A stretch of 64,000 bases of DNA from Takakia lepidozioides (Eukaryota > Plantae > Bryophyta): contig CM060732.1 in NCBI GenBank assembly GCA_030704615.1, positions 48,546,001 to 48,610,000 on the forward strand, read 5' to 3'. The notes under the pieces are model-generated. The model saw only the letters and a program-made list of their open reading frames with translations. It searched no databases and had not been told where the DNA came from. Both the position numbers and the translations under genes were made by a program. Numbering within the stretch: position 1 is the first letter of the stretch; every line of letters starts with the position of its first letter. Positions 35,235 through 47,548 of this stretch are shown in pieces.

Positions 35235-38200
35235 TGCACAGAGGATACTCAGGGCCCGCTTCGATCACGCTCGTCAAGAGATAAAGGAGATCCTGAGGGC
35301 ATACAACATGGAGAGAGTACCGAGAAAGCAAGAGAAGGCAAAAGGATACGTGACAACTGCAGCAAACCAAGCTGCTGTCAAAGTCCCTCCTCACGAGATT
35401 GGTGAGGGGAAAAGACAGATGACAACTAGGTACGTGATTAATCTCCAACGCGTGTACCGACAAAGGGTGATGTATTTGCAGTGCACAACACAACGCCAGC
35501 CCCACAAAACAAAGATTTTCAGCCTATTTCTCCCCACCCTTTCCACAGCTGCAAATGGATGGTGCAAAACCGCCCACAATTGCTATGGATTTTGAAGGCT
35601 CGCAAACAATCAATATCCGACTTCTAGCTATGCATGGCTTTGCTATCTTGGGCTCACCAGCAACAGGAGACGTTACCAGAACATGTGCGCCACCTCCCCA
35701 AGTTTATCCACCAGAGTGTCTGCCTACGTTATCCACTCCATATGTGGCAATCCGCAGCCACACTGTAACCATGTCACATGGCTGCCCTGCATTCGCAGCC
35801 CAGACACTCAGTTCAGCCCAGTTCACCCGGCCATCGATTCAGTTACCAGTATGGCTACATTCATGAATATGGATACATTCTTGCAAAGCATCCAAAGATG
35901 CTTGGAACCACTGCATTTAAACTTTACAGATGAGTGCGGCGACAAGTCAACTGTCCCCAGTTCTGGGAAGCTGCATTGCATTGACAGATTAAGTCAAGAG
36001 CCCACCAAACTAACAGCGAGTCCGACTGATCCTAGCAAGGACTCCCATGTATTTGACTGCAAACTTGTGATGCTCAACTCTTGCAGCTAAGGGAGGGATT
36101 TCCCTTTCCTCAGTAGGGCATGCAAGTTTTTGGGAGAAAGTAGCAGTGTTTCAGCAGAAGGAAGGATCAACTGGTAGAGGACTCTCAGGATTCTCAACAA
36201 CTACAAACACTATTCCATCCCTATGCTTCACAGCAGTGTTGGGCAGGTAAGGTAGAAACACCCAAATGTGTGCACTTAAGCAGTATGACTCATAGGGCTC
36301 GGTGCAGCGAGGAGGAAATAATATGGTTGGATTAGCAATTCAACGAAGGGGACCTCATGTAAATTCCAAAATTTTAGAGGCAAGTGGTCAATTGATATGA
36401 ATTATCAAAAGTGGTGGTACATAACTTCCTATGTCTGTGCAGTAGACCCACCTAATGCTCACCCACATTATACCTAATCTAAAACCTGCTCATGCCTCAT
36501 ATGCACAACTTGTGCATCTGAAAACATGCCATGTGTAAGCAATTAATAACTACCTTTAGACCTGCCAATGGCCTGGCCTGACATCTACAATGGTATCGTA
36601 GGCATGCAAACTCAAAGCAGCAATGGCCTCAAAACTGATCACCTACAGTACGAAGTCTGTCCATGATGGTTCCCAAAAGTCATCCAACATGGATGAAATA
36701 TTAAGCCCCCGTAATTGTATTCTTATCCTTGTTGGAGCACAAAGCAATTCATTCCCGTCGCTAATACTCTTTTCTCTCAACCCTAACCTGTCCATGTGGC
36801 GAACGCTATCAAACTCCCGCGTTCTTGTGAACTCCCGCCATCTCCAAAGGCTGTAAGTAAGCTTACCTTCATCTTCCTCGTTGACTTAAATTCATGAGTG
36901 GTATTGGAGTCTATGGAAAATGTGTACATTTGCGCATTGCCATTGTTCTTTAAGATGCCGAGTGCCACTTCCGTGTTGTCACATTTTTTTCTTTGCGACT
37001 ATCTAGCTTTTCTTCCGCAACTATTATTACATAGTTGTCAATGTCATGGTCTGGGCCCTTGTTCTGTGGATTCGAGATGAATTTCCAGATGTTACACCCG
37101 TGCTGGAAATACACCACATGGCTTGGTCTTATAATATGGTTTCGTCTCCTTATCAAGGCCGTTCAGCAAGTCTATTTCGACAGGACCAGTGCTTTAGGGT
37201 ACCGGCAGTTTTTTCGTCTTGGCAATGTGTACTCATAACTACTTTCGACATTGTCCAGACATGGCTACGTATTGCCACCGTTGTCTGAAATGTGGCTTCT
37301 GAACAGGCAACTACAACGCGAGTTCTTCTGCTTTGGCATGGCGTGCTTCTCAAGGTTGGCATGGTCCTTTTCCTGTTAATATGTTTTAACTTGAAATTCA
37401 CAGCATTCTGTTAGATGTTGAGATCTTGTTGCACTTTGGGCACCTTGTTGGAAACTTGCTACAACATGCCAATCCCAGCGCTTAAATCAAGACTGTCAGC
37501 CCTTGTAATTGCTCTGGGTTATTTGAGACCAATTGACTAGCACCCTCCGAGAAGGCGAGGTCGGGGTAGCCATAGTTGTGTGTAAGTCTCTTCAAGTTTG
37601 ACTTGGAGTTTCATTCCTGGTGGCTTAGAACCCCAATACCATTTTTTGGGGAGGTATCTGTGCTGCAGACTCTGTCCTTTGGGCTATGCCTAGGCAACCT
37701 TCACAGAAAATGGTCAGTGCATATCTCGACATCGTGTCTTGGTGATATAAAGTTCTCATTGGAAGTGCAGCTTTTATTTCCCTTAGGGTTCTAAACACGC
37801 AACCCAACTCTTAAGCGATATTGACAAACTTCTTGAACATCTAGAACTTGAGTCTATAATTTCAATTTTACATAATTTACAACTGTGTTTTCTTGTGAGT
37901 GCAGCTTGAGGCACAAGACGTTTCTTTGACGCCTTTTTTGAGTTGGATCCATATCACCGGTAGGGCTTTTTATCTTCCCGGCTCTACTTCGAAGAGGTAA
38001 TTTGTGGTGCAAAGAGAGGCATTGAACTCGTGGTTATCTAAGGTAGTCATTGTAGCTTATACACTTCTACTTGGAATGAGGATTGAAGTATCTCTCTCCA
38101 TCTGAAATTGACCTTCCACCCTAAGTCTAAATTCCATGGATGCTCCAATCAAGGGTACTGAAGTCTGAAACCATGTGTGATTGTGGTTGTGTGGGTGTGG

Positions 38201-40112
38201 AGGGCAGCTCCTTGGCTTTGTACATGCCAGCAACGCTCCACGGCTGGAGATCATGACTGTAGGAACAGTCCCACTTATCAAGATGCTTTCTAATCTGTCG
38301 AAATAGAGGCCAGAAAAAAGAAAGCCTGATACGTAGTGTATTTTAGTAATTTCCTGTTAATGTTTGCTGCAGAGGACTTGTCAGTGAATTTGTTTGCAAT
38401 AAATGTTGCATCGAAGCTACAAGCTGATGGAATTCAAACTGGCACATCTATTGTTACTTTAGTGAGGTTATGTAGGCAGAAATCCATCATTATAGTCTAT
38501 GGTTTGGATGCAAGGTTGGGGAAGGCATGGAGCTGACAGTGATTGATGTAAATCCCATCTGCAGAAGGTGGCTGGATGAGACATCAATTGAGTTTCACCA
38601 ATTACAACTACTTGGTGAGATCTAGTACATTATTTTTAAATTCTTTTACTGCAATTGTTGAGTCTTTTGCTGATTATGTCTTCGTGGGGTTATGAATGAA
38701 TGGGTGGAATGGGCAGGTCTGATTCGCCGTGGAAGGAGTCTTCCATTGGGTATGATGATGGCCTTTTGATCCCCAGCATTGCAATAGCAAGGTAAGGAGA
38801 TATTTAGTTACCAGTGGCCAGTGGTCCTGCACTTCCTCCTCTCGGTGGCTTTGGTGTAATGCTAACAAAGAGGAACATTCCTTGATGTACGTGTTATTGA
38901 TAGAGGGCTCATAGACCAGTGTTTTGGCTAGTCTAGTACCACTAAGTACTGCCACATGACAGGAAATTCCTTAAACAATGGCAGACAATACTCATCACAA
39001 AAGTTGCAGCATGTGTGGTCATGAACAAGACTGGTTTCAATTTCAATTTTGAAGTGCAGAACTCGTGACATTTTTGCATGGAAGCTGAGCTACTGGCAGT
39101 AGGCTGTTAAAACCAAATGGCATTGCTATGATGGCCCAGATCAGAAGTATGATGCAGTCCTATGTGCAGTCCTGTGTGTAGAGGTATTGTGGTCACTACA
39201 GGGAGTACAGATTATCGTTTTTATGACTGCAAATATCACTACATTTGCAGTGATAAGTGTGATTATGACTACATCACTCTGCAGTGACAAACACGAAGTC
39301 AGTTCTACCATCACTTCCGAGTGATAAGTGCGAAGTGATGGTCGTCACTGCATACGTGGCACCTGCCAACGACTCAGAGTGACGTGGAGTGTAGTGTTGT
39401 AGTCATAACTATACGACTACAAGGCTACGTGTCATGACTACATTTACGACTATGTCACTACAGATGAGCGCCAACATGGAGAGGTCTCTACATAACACGC
39501 ATGACCCCCCGGATGTATATGACTACACGACTGTACCTTATGACTACACTTATGACTATATCACTACTCACTACATCATTGAGGGTAGCATGTGGTATAT
39601 TTCATGACTACAAATATGACTCCATCACTATAGGTTTATACTGGTTCTGGTAGGTCATCTAACACGTGTCCTTATTAGATTAGTTTATACAATCATTAAT
39701 GCTATTTTATTTATTAAATTCATGTAAATTTTATTTATCGCTCTGATATTCAATATACATAGCAATATATTTAATTGAATGAAAGAATTTCACACAAATA
39801 CACAGATTGTTGAATGTCGATCATACAACAAAAAACCAATGGGAAAAATGTTCCCATGGATGCCGCAAAAGCTCTACAATGAGCATTCAAGAAGCCTAAA
39901 AGGCCACATGGATAAATAACCAAGCCTCAAAGGCTACAAGTCCCAAAACCCAAGCCCACACCGGGGCAGCAGTCCACTAGTACTCCTACAATTGAAGAGC
40001 TCTATTTACAAATCACCATTGTGGCATGTTTTCAACTACATTGCATCACATAATCCCACCTTTGACTGGAATCAGCAAAAGTAATCATTCCACAACTTCT
40101 CGTCATTTGCCC

Positions 40113-41150
40113 CTAGGTCTCCAAAGCCTCCATCCCGCGCCCTTGCTGTGCATATCCTGCAATCATCACACTCCACAACACCATATGTCGTTCAGCCATA
40201 TTGTCGAACACTCCCTTTGCATCCTCAATGCACCCACATTTGGCATACATGTCCACCAGGGCAGTGTTCAAAATGACAGGTGCAATTCCAGATTTGATGA
40301 TGCCACCATGCATCTCTTTGCCATTTTCCAAGGCTGCCAGACTTGCACGAGCATTGCAAACACACAAACATGATCTGGTTACACTTCACCCCTTCCCCCA
40401 TCATTTGCTCATAGTTTCCAAGGCCTCCATCTCGTGCCCCTGATGTGCATATCCTGCAAGCATGGCATTCCATGACACCATATCTTGTTCAGCCATACTG
40501 TCGAACACTCCAATTTGCATCCTCGATGCCCCACATTTTGCATACATGTCCACCAAGGCAGGGTTCAGAATGACATCTGGTACAATTCGAGCTTTGACGA
40601 TGTCACCATGGACCTCTTTCCCCTTTTCCAGAGCTCCCCTGCTTGCATACATTGCAAACACAAACAAATGTGATGTGGTTGGGCTTCACCCCTTTGCGCA
40701 ACATTTGCTCATAGGTCTCCAAAAGCATTCCCACCACACCCATGCTTGGTAAATCCTGCCAACATTATATTCCACGTGATCAAAGATTGTTGAGGCATTC
40801 TGTTGAACACTTGGTGAGCATCCATGATGCTTCTACACTTAACATACATGTTGACAAGGCTGTTGAGTAGGAAAACATTTGGTGTGAATCCACTGTAGAT
40901 AATGTGAGTGTGCACCTACTTTCCAGCTTCCAGACCTTGAATCATCTTGATGCACTTAAGCAAGAAACAGACATACGTACTTGAATCTGCTGAAATGCCT
41001 CCTTGCTATAGAGCCTCTGTCAGTCTGCCTGCCTCACAAGCATCTTCACATGCCCAGAAGTGCCAGAAGAGGCATTGTGGACTCCCTCTCTTGATCCTCT
41101 TTCAGAAGCTGTGGTCATGGTTGAGGTGCCTGATTTACCAACTATGCCAC
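40113..41150 (-). pseudogene. PLS-PPR pseudogene fragment (N-terminal part), paralogous to the 15.8-kb PPR gene
   Basis: Frameshifted L-S-P repeats: HTHIIYSGFTPNVFLLNSLVNMYVKCRS; ALEKGKEVHGDIVKARIVPDVILNPALVDMYAKCG; VLWSVMIAGYAQQGRG. The 5' part aligns with 15788-15930. Confidence 0.9.
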
Positions 41151-42940
41151 TGAAGCTGCTGCCTTTAGTTGACCATCTACCCATGTAGGTTTCTTGTGGC
41201 TATTGATCCACAGGGAATCATAGGTAATCTTGAGCTTGAAATCTGGCCCTCTTGGATGAATCTGGACCCACACTCTATCCCTGCACCTCCAGCTATCCTG
41301 CCTCTCCACAAATAGTGCATTCATCCTTGCATTGCTGCTAGCAGCTAACAATGACAGCCTAGATTTGTTCTAGGAAACACCCAACTCAGCTTATCACACT
41401 AGTTCTTATGCTCAATTGCATCTGCTATTCTCTGTAATCCCACATGCATTCACCTTTTTGCCTAGATTGTCCCACCATTGATGACAGCTTCTCCTTGTCT
41501 TTGTTACCTATTTCTAGATACTTTCATGTTGTCACATTGGCCGTATCATGTCAGTCACTCCAAACTATCAAAGGTTCACTCAACCAGCTAATTTGCAAAA
41601 TTCAACATGAAATTTAAGGATGACTTTGATAACAGGGAAAAATAGGCTGAAATGTGTTGAAGGTGCCTTCATTAGCAGTGCCTTGTTCTATCAATTGTGA
41701 TGATGCCGCTTCTGTTTCCAGTTGACCATCTATCCATGCACATTTCTTGTAGCTATTGATCCACAGGGAATCAGAAGTAATCTTATGTTTGAAACCCAGT
41801 CCTCTTGGATGAATCTAGACCTCTGTCCCTAGTCCTTCAGCTATCCCTGCCTGTGTAGAAAATCATGATTACATCTCAGCCTTGTTGTTAGCAGCTGACT
41901 GACGGCGTGAAGTTCTTCCAGCAAACCCAACCCTAATGAGAGGGCAAAACAGACTGCCAAAAGTTTGAAGAAGAAGGTGCTCACCACATTGTCCTTGACA
42001 TGTGTCATGACTCATGGAGGATTTAACCGACCATCAACCCAAAATGACCTCGTGTGTGCTGCTTGTGTTTGTAGTCAGGTAACGTCGGATTGGTCAGACT
42101 GGACAAGTGTTCATTCCACCGCTTCTCCTCATTCTGTTATCTATTTTTAGATACTTTCCTGCTACCACATCGGCAGAAACTTGTCAAGTCACCCCAAACC
42201 ACCCATAGATCCACCCAATGAGCTAACTTACAGCATTCAATATGCATCTCAGGGCCGAGTCTGATGAGAGGGCAAAACAGGCTGAAATAGGTGGAAGAAG
42301 AAGGTGCCCTCACCACATTTCCTCGACCTTGCATCATGACCCATGGAGGATTTGTGGACTCCCTCTCTTGATCCTCTAATTTCAGAAGTTGTGGTCATGG
42401 TTGAGGTGCCTGATTTTATCAACTGTGCCGCTGCAGCTGCTGCCTTTAGTTGACCATCTACCCATGCAGGTTTATTGTAGCTACTCATCCACTTGGAATC
42501 AAGGTAATCTGGAGCTTGAAGTCCAGCCCTCTTGGATGAATCTGGACAGTTGTCACAGTGGCAGTATCATGTCAAAGTCACTCCAAACTACATTTACTCA
42601 ACCAGCTAACTTACAGAATTCAACATGGAAATTTAGGGCCGATTCTGATAAGAGGGAAAATGTGTTGAAGAAGGTGCCTTGATTACCAGTGATCAGTTAA
42701 GCCGCTGCTGCTGCGGCATCCAGTTGACCATCTACCCATGCAGGTTTCTTGTAGCTATTGATCCAAGGAATCATAAATAATCTTGGCCCTCTTGGATGAA
42801 TCTGGACCCACTCTCTATCCTTGCTCCTTCAGCTATCTCTGCCTCTGCACAAATCATGCACACATCTTTATCTTGGTGCTAGCAGCTGACAATGACAGCC
42901 TAGATCTGTTCCAGCAAACACCCTAAACCTACTTATCACA
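41150..42940. repeat. Degenerate multi-copy duplications of two PPR-upstream blocks
   Basis: Block GTTGACCATCTAYCCATG..CTCTTGGATGAATCTRGAC at about 41168, 41721, 42449 and 42723. Block AGCTAAYTTRCA..ATTCAA..GAAGGTGC at about 41586, 42221, 42604 and 43722. Confidence 0.8.
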
Positions 42941-43804
42941 CAAGTTCCTCACCAAGTCCTTCGAATGAACCAATGTCACTTTCTGCTAAGGCTTTCGTGT
43001 CTAGGGTGTAATTCCTGTGTCAGATCACTGTCGTGAAATCAGTTCTGTGGTTGTCTTTTGATAGTTTCCCCACCATAGAAATCACCCGTCCTTCTTACTG
43101 GAGTCCTATCAAGCCGCCACTGTGTGTAGCCTGCACTCTTCAGGGATGCAGAATTGGAAAGAGAAATGCAAGCTCCTTCGCTCGTTCCCGCTTCGGTTTA
43201 TTGTTACAACCTGTGCTAAGTCGAATATCTCAAATCCCTACTCCTGATTACTTGTAAATGAAAACCTCCCTGCCCAGATATCAAGAAGATGGAGGGGTGC
43301 AAAATAAAGACGTCGACACATCTGCCTCGCAAATGTCTGAGACTACTTCAGTGTTTGAGGCAGTTAAAGAATCACCACTATATGAGCTACAAAGGTCATG
43401 TAAGACAATGAGCAAAACCGTCGTCATGATCGAGGAATTATCATATCTCCAAATACCCTCGAATGTATCTTCTTGTCTTTCGCTGCCTCTATAGAAATGC
43501 TACCATAAAGCCCTTTCCAAATCACAGGATCCGCAGCCGCAAGCGATCGATTTCAAGCACAGACTTGCAGGGCATGTACCAATCCCAGCGGAGAATTCTG
43601 ATTTAATAGCCAGAGGAGGATTGATGCTTCCACTCCCTTCCTGCAATGAGGAAGAAGGGAGAAAGACGATATGCTTCTTCTACTTGCGCTTCCAACATAC
43701 ATTCACGTTTTTGCACCAACGAGCTAACTTGCAGAATTCAACCTGAAAATTTAGGGACGACTCTGATAACAGGGAAACAGGCTGAAACGTGTTGAAGAAG
43801 GTGC

Positions 43805-44475
43805 TCATAGGTCTCCAAAACCTCCATCCCGCGCCCTTACTGTGCATATCGTACAAACATCGCACTCCACGACACCACATCTCGTTCGGCCATACTGTTG
43901 AACACTCCCTTTGCACCCTTGATGCACCCACATTTTGCATACATGTCCACGAGAGTACTGTTCAGAATGACATCGGGTACAATTCCAGCTCTGACAATGT
44001 CACCATGGACCTCTTTGCCCTTTTCCAAGGCTGCCAGGCTTACGCATGCATTGCAAATGCAATCAAACGTGATGTGGTCGGGCTTCACCCCTTCCGCCAT
44101 CATTTGATCGTAGGTCTCCAAAGCCTTCTTCCTGTGGCCTTACTGTGCATACCCCTTAAGCATCGTTCAGCCATACTGTTGCAAACTCCCTTCACATCCT
44201 CCGATGCACCCACATTTAGCATACATGTCCACGAGGGTGATATTGCAAACTTAAACGAACGTGACCAGGTCCGGCTTCACCCCTTCGGACCGCATTATTT
44301 GCTCATACGTCTCTTAAGCCTCTATACCACGCCCCCATTGTGCATATCCTCGCCCTTCCTACATCATTTGCTTAAGAATAAGCTCAAGAAAGCTGCATCA
44401 ATGCTCAAGAATAGGTCGCAAAGCCTCAACCCCACGCCCCCGCATTGCATATCCCGTGATCATCCCCTTCCATGA
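43805..44475 (-). pseudogene. Second PLS-PPR pseudogene fragment
   Basis: ETYDQMMAEGVKPDHITF..ALEKGKEVHGDIVRAGIVPDVILNSTLVDMYAKCG..RDVVSWSAM, with deletions on both sides. Confidence 0.88.
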
Positions 44476-45075
44476 CATAAGTTCTCTCTGCTTCGGCTTG
44501 ATACTGCGAAAACATATGGTAGCGCGGGAGACAAAAAGAGGCTAAGTCCCAGCCCTATGTGTTCACGGCTGAACGTGGGCAACCCTACAACAATTTTTTG
44601 AATTTTTTAACTTTTTGCACTGTGTCATTCCATTGACACAAGTGCTTTGTTAAAGATAGATGGATGAGGTCATCCAATGGATGAACCCATTCATGTATAT
44701 GCCTTAAGATGCCACGTGTAGTGATGTAGTCATATAAACATAGCTGTGAAATCTACTGTAGTCATGTAGTCATAAGCTTCTATGGCACGTCATCAATGTG
44801 TAGTAGTGGTAGTCATTTAGTCATAAGCTTATATGGCATGTGTCTGACGTGTAGTATTGCGTATGACTACTAATTATATAAACCAAGAATGTGTTCTTGG
44901 TCAATAATGTTTAACCACAGCTCTTAGTCATGTAGTAACATGTATGACTTCATTAGATTAAAATATATTAAAATGCACCCAACAATGGGTTTTATCACTG
45001 TGTAGTCACATATATATTCATGGTTACCAAGGTTTATATTACCCGTAGTCATAAAAACGACAATCTATACTAGTG

Positions 45076-45464
45076 CTGGGCAGACGTTGAGGTGACTTGT
45101 GTCCGCGCCCACTGCCTTGGCCCGACGTCGTTGCATCGCGATGCGTTGGTTATACCTACAGATGGCCGGGGCACTGCCACAGTATGGAGCGATGTAGCCG
45201 TTAGGGGAAATTGGGGGATTCGTTTTGATTGTAGCATGCAGACGATTACCTGTCGTTGCACACGTTTTGGCGCAACGACGCAATGGCGTGAGCCTTGCGC
45301 GCGAGCATACGCTCACGCAGGAGTGATGTGGCGTGAGCGTGATGTCAGCAGGCTGATATGGCGACAAATGCTGATGTGGCACTACGCCGTCATTTGCCAC
45401 GTCGGCATGAACATGCGCTGCCTATAACCGAGGATGGTCCTATGACCGTGGGATTAATGCAGGG
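45076..45464. mobile_element. Terminal fragment of the element family seen at 1-332 and 10751
   Basis: Contains CTGGGCAGAC, GTGGCGTGAGCGTG, GCTGATGTGGC and CCTATAACCGAGG..CCTATGACCGTGGG..CAGGG. Confidence 0.55.
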
Positions 45465-46664
45465 AATCCTTAGCTGAATACAATGAAGACTACCATGAGG
45501 CCTACAATTGTAGCATCCAACATTGTGCAATTACAAATGTTTGTTTCACTTTTACAATTACAAGGACGAGAAAATATCCTCACAAAGTATGCGCCATCGA
45601 GGCTGCCACGGGAAGACCTTGCTCCCTCCCCAAATAACAATGAGAGTAGGATCATCTTCAAAAGATGATTGCTGTGCATAGCGACAGGAAAATATGTAGA
45701 CTTCGAAAGGTGCAATGATGCATGTGCTTTTAAAAGTTGTCACTCAGAGCTCACTCCGTATAGTTGGAAGCATAATGGAGGGATCGCCAACACCAGTTCA
45801 AGCAACTCTTGTTTCCAGTCCCCAGTACTCCAGTCCAATTCCCTGTACTCTAGCCCAGTTTCCAATATCTGGTACTCCAGTCCAGTTTCAAGCATTCCAG
45901 TATTCAAGTCGTGTTCTAATATCTTGTACTCTTGTTCATTATTATAAAGATCGTTTTGATTCCTATTTACTCATCGCGCATACGGCCACGCCGACCTTGA
46001 TTTCTTATCTTGTCTTGTATCTCTAGTCTGATCTCTTGTTTGTGTTCAGTCATATTCTCGTCCTTGACAGATAGATATTGAAATGCATTTCTTTGGACAT
46101 TCCCTTAAGTGTATTAAATGAAGCTTGCGTGATGCAAGGATTTGAGTGACAACATACTATCTGGCAGGATCACATCATCTATTCTCAATAGCACGAAATT
46201 CACATCCATGTGAGTACCATTAGTAAAGCCTGACTCCATAGTGGACTGGATAAGAGAGATAAGACAGATTTGAGAGCACAGTCTATAGGGGCCTTTGTTC
46301 TGATGCAAATTCATTTGATTGATCCATAAACTTATCAAACAATGGAAGATTTCCAGAGGCCACCAATCTCTCACATTTTGACCTTATGTGAGTTTCTAAC
46401 AACCCCACTTTGACTTCACAAAACCGAGTGTAGACCTTCTCATGCTTTGTGAATCCATTTCAGAAAGGTGTTGTCTTGTCTCTTTCTGTGGTGCTGTCGC
46501 GAAATGGGCAACAATGGATTCTTCTAGCAAGTATCGTCTACCATGATTATTGGAATGAGGTAACCTTAACGGTTTGTGCTTTGTGGTGATCAATGCGGCG
46601 ATGTTAGCAGTAACTGCCTTATTGGTATCATTCCGAAGGTGGATTCAAAGTCTTCACACAGGCA

Positions 46665-47548
46665 AATGATGAAGTCAAGAGCCATCTACAGGTATTCCTT
46701 TCTTCCATCCACAGTACATTCCGTCCCAACGCTCAATTTTAGGCCATGCTCACATGTGACAGATTATATCAATTGCTGATGTTACCATAGAGGTTTCTGT
46801 CAGCCCCAGTTTCCTACACCTGACAGCATGCAAGGACAATAACTTTGTTTTCTTCTGTATCAACTTCAAATCAACTTAGGGCTTCTCTATATATCAGTTC
46901 ATTTAGGACTAACAATGTATAGTGGACTTATCTGTTGTGCAGAAATATAGGCTGCATACCCGAAGACCACTTAGCCTATCTCCACAAACAGGAGCACCTC
47001 AGCTAACACACAGCTGGTCGCGTCCAATATCCCCACTCAATAGCCACACCGTTCGCCAACCCTCTCTCCCTGAAGAGTATTTCTCTGGTGTGAACAAAGG
47101 GAAAAGTGGAGGTCCTCTCCACATGCACCACCCTCCCTGCTTTGAACCACAACAATCTGCCTCCCAGACCCAGAGCTCCCCACAAGTAAGCTTGTAATGT
47201 ACTGCAAGATTGCCGTCGACTGTCAATTATCAATTGACTTGAGTCATTGTCAATTCACTTAATTACTAGATTATTTTGGTTATAGTTGAACTAGCATATC
47301 CTTCAAGATTGTAAAGAACTTCTTTGTGGTCTCATCTTCCTCTTTTATGGGCCCCTTGAAATGTAAGTCTATAGTTTTACTCTAAATATGCAATTTGCTT
47401 CAATGAAACATAGTTTCCATTGACTTGTGGTTTGTTCCTTCATGAGGAAACCTCTAGGGTCAATGATATTGGGTCCTTTGATTAAACTGCTGTGTTGTTT
47501 TGTTCACTTGCCACACCAAAGCAGATTCGAGAACTAATGAAGGTTGAT
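46665..47548 (+). pseudogene. Rearranged fragments of an HRS1/HHO (NIGT1) GARP-G2-like MYB gene
   Basis: NDEVKSHLQ|gt at 46665-46691, ag|KYRLHTRRP..SSPQ at 46943-47185, and ATPKQIRELMKVD at 47510-47548. Confidence 0.85.

Larger units (their letters stand above)
39194..45075. mobile_element. Non-autonomous CACTA-like element with captured gene fragments (Pack-CACTA candidate)
   Basis: Right end reverse-complements to CACTAGTATAGATTGTCGTTTTTATGACTAC. Left end is CACTA(caggga)GTACAGATTATCGTTTTTATGACTGC. Many ATGACTAC motifs at 39220-39630 and inverted GTAGTCAT at 44720-45050. No matching 3-bp TSD. Confidence 0.65.

Noticed and set aside
36600-38300. Coding-like decayed sequence
   Set aside because: No family motif could be recognised.
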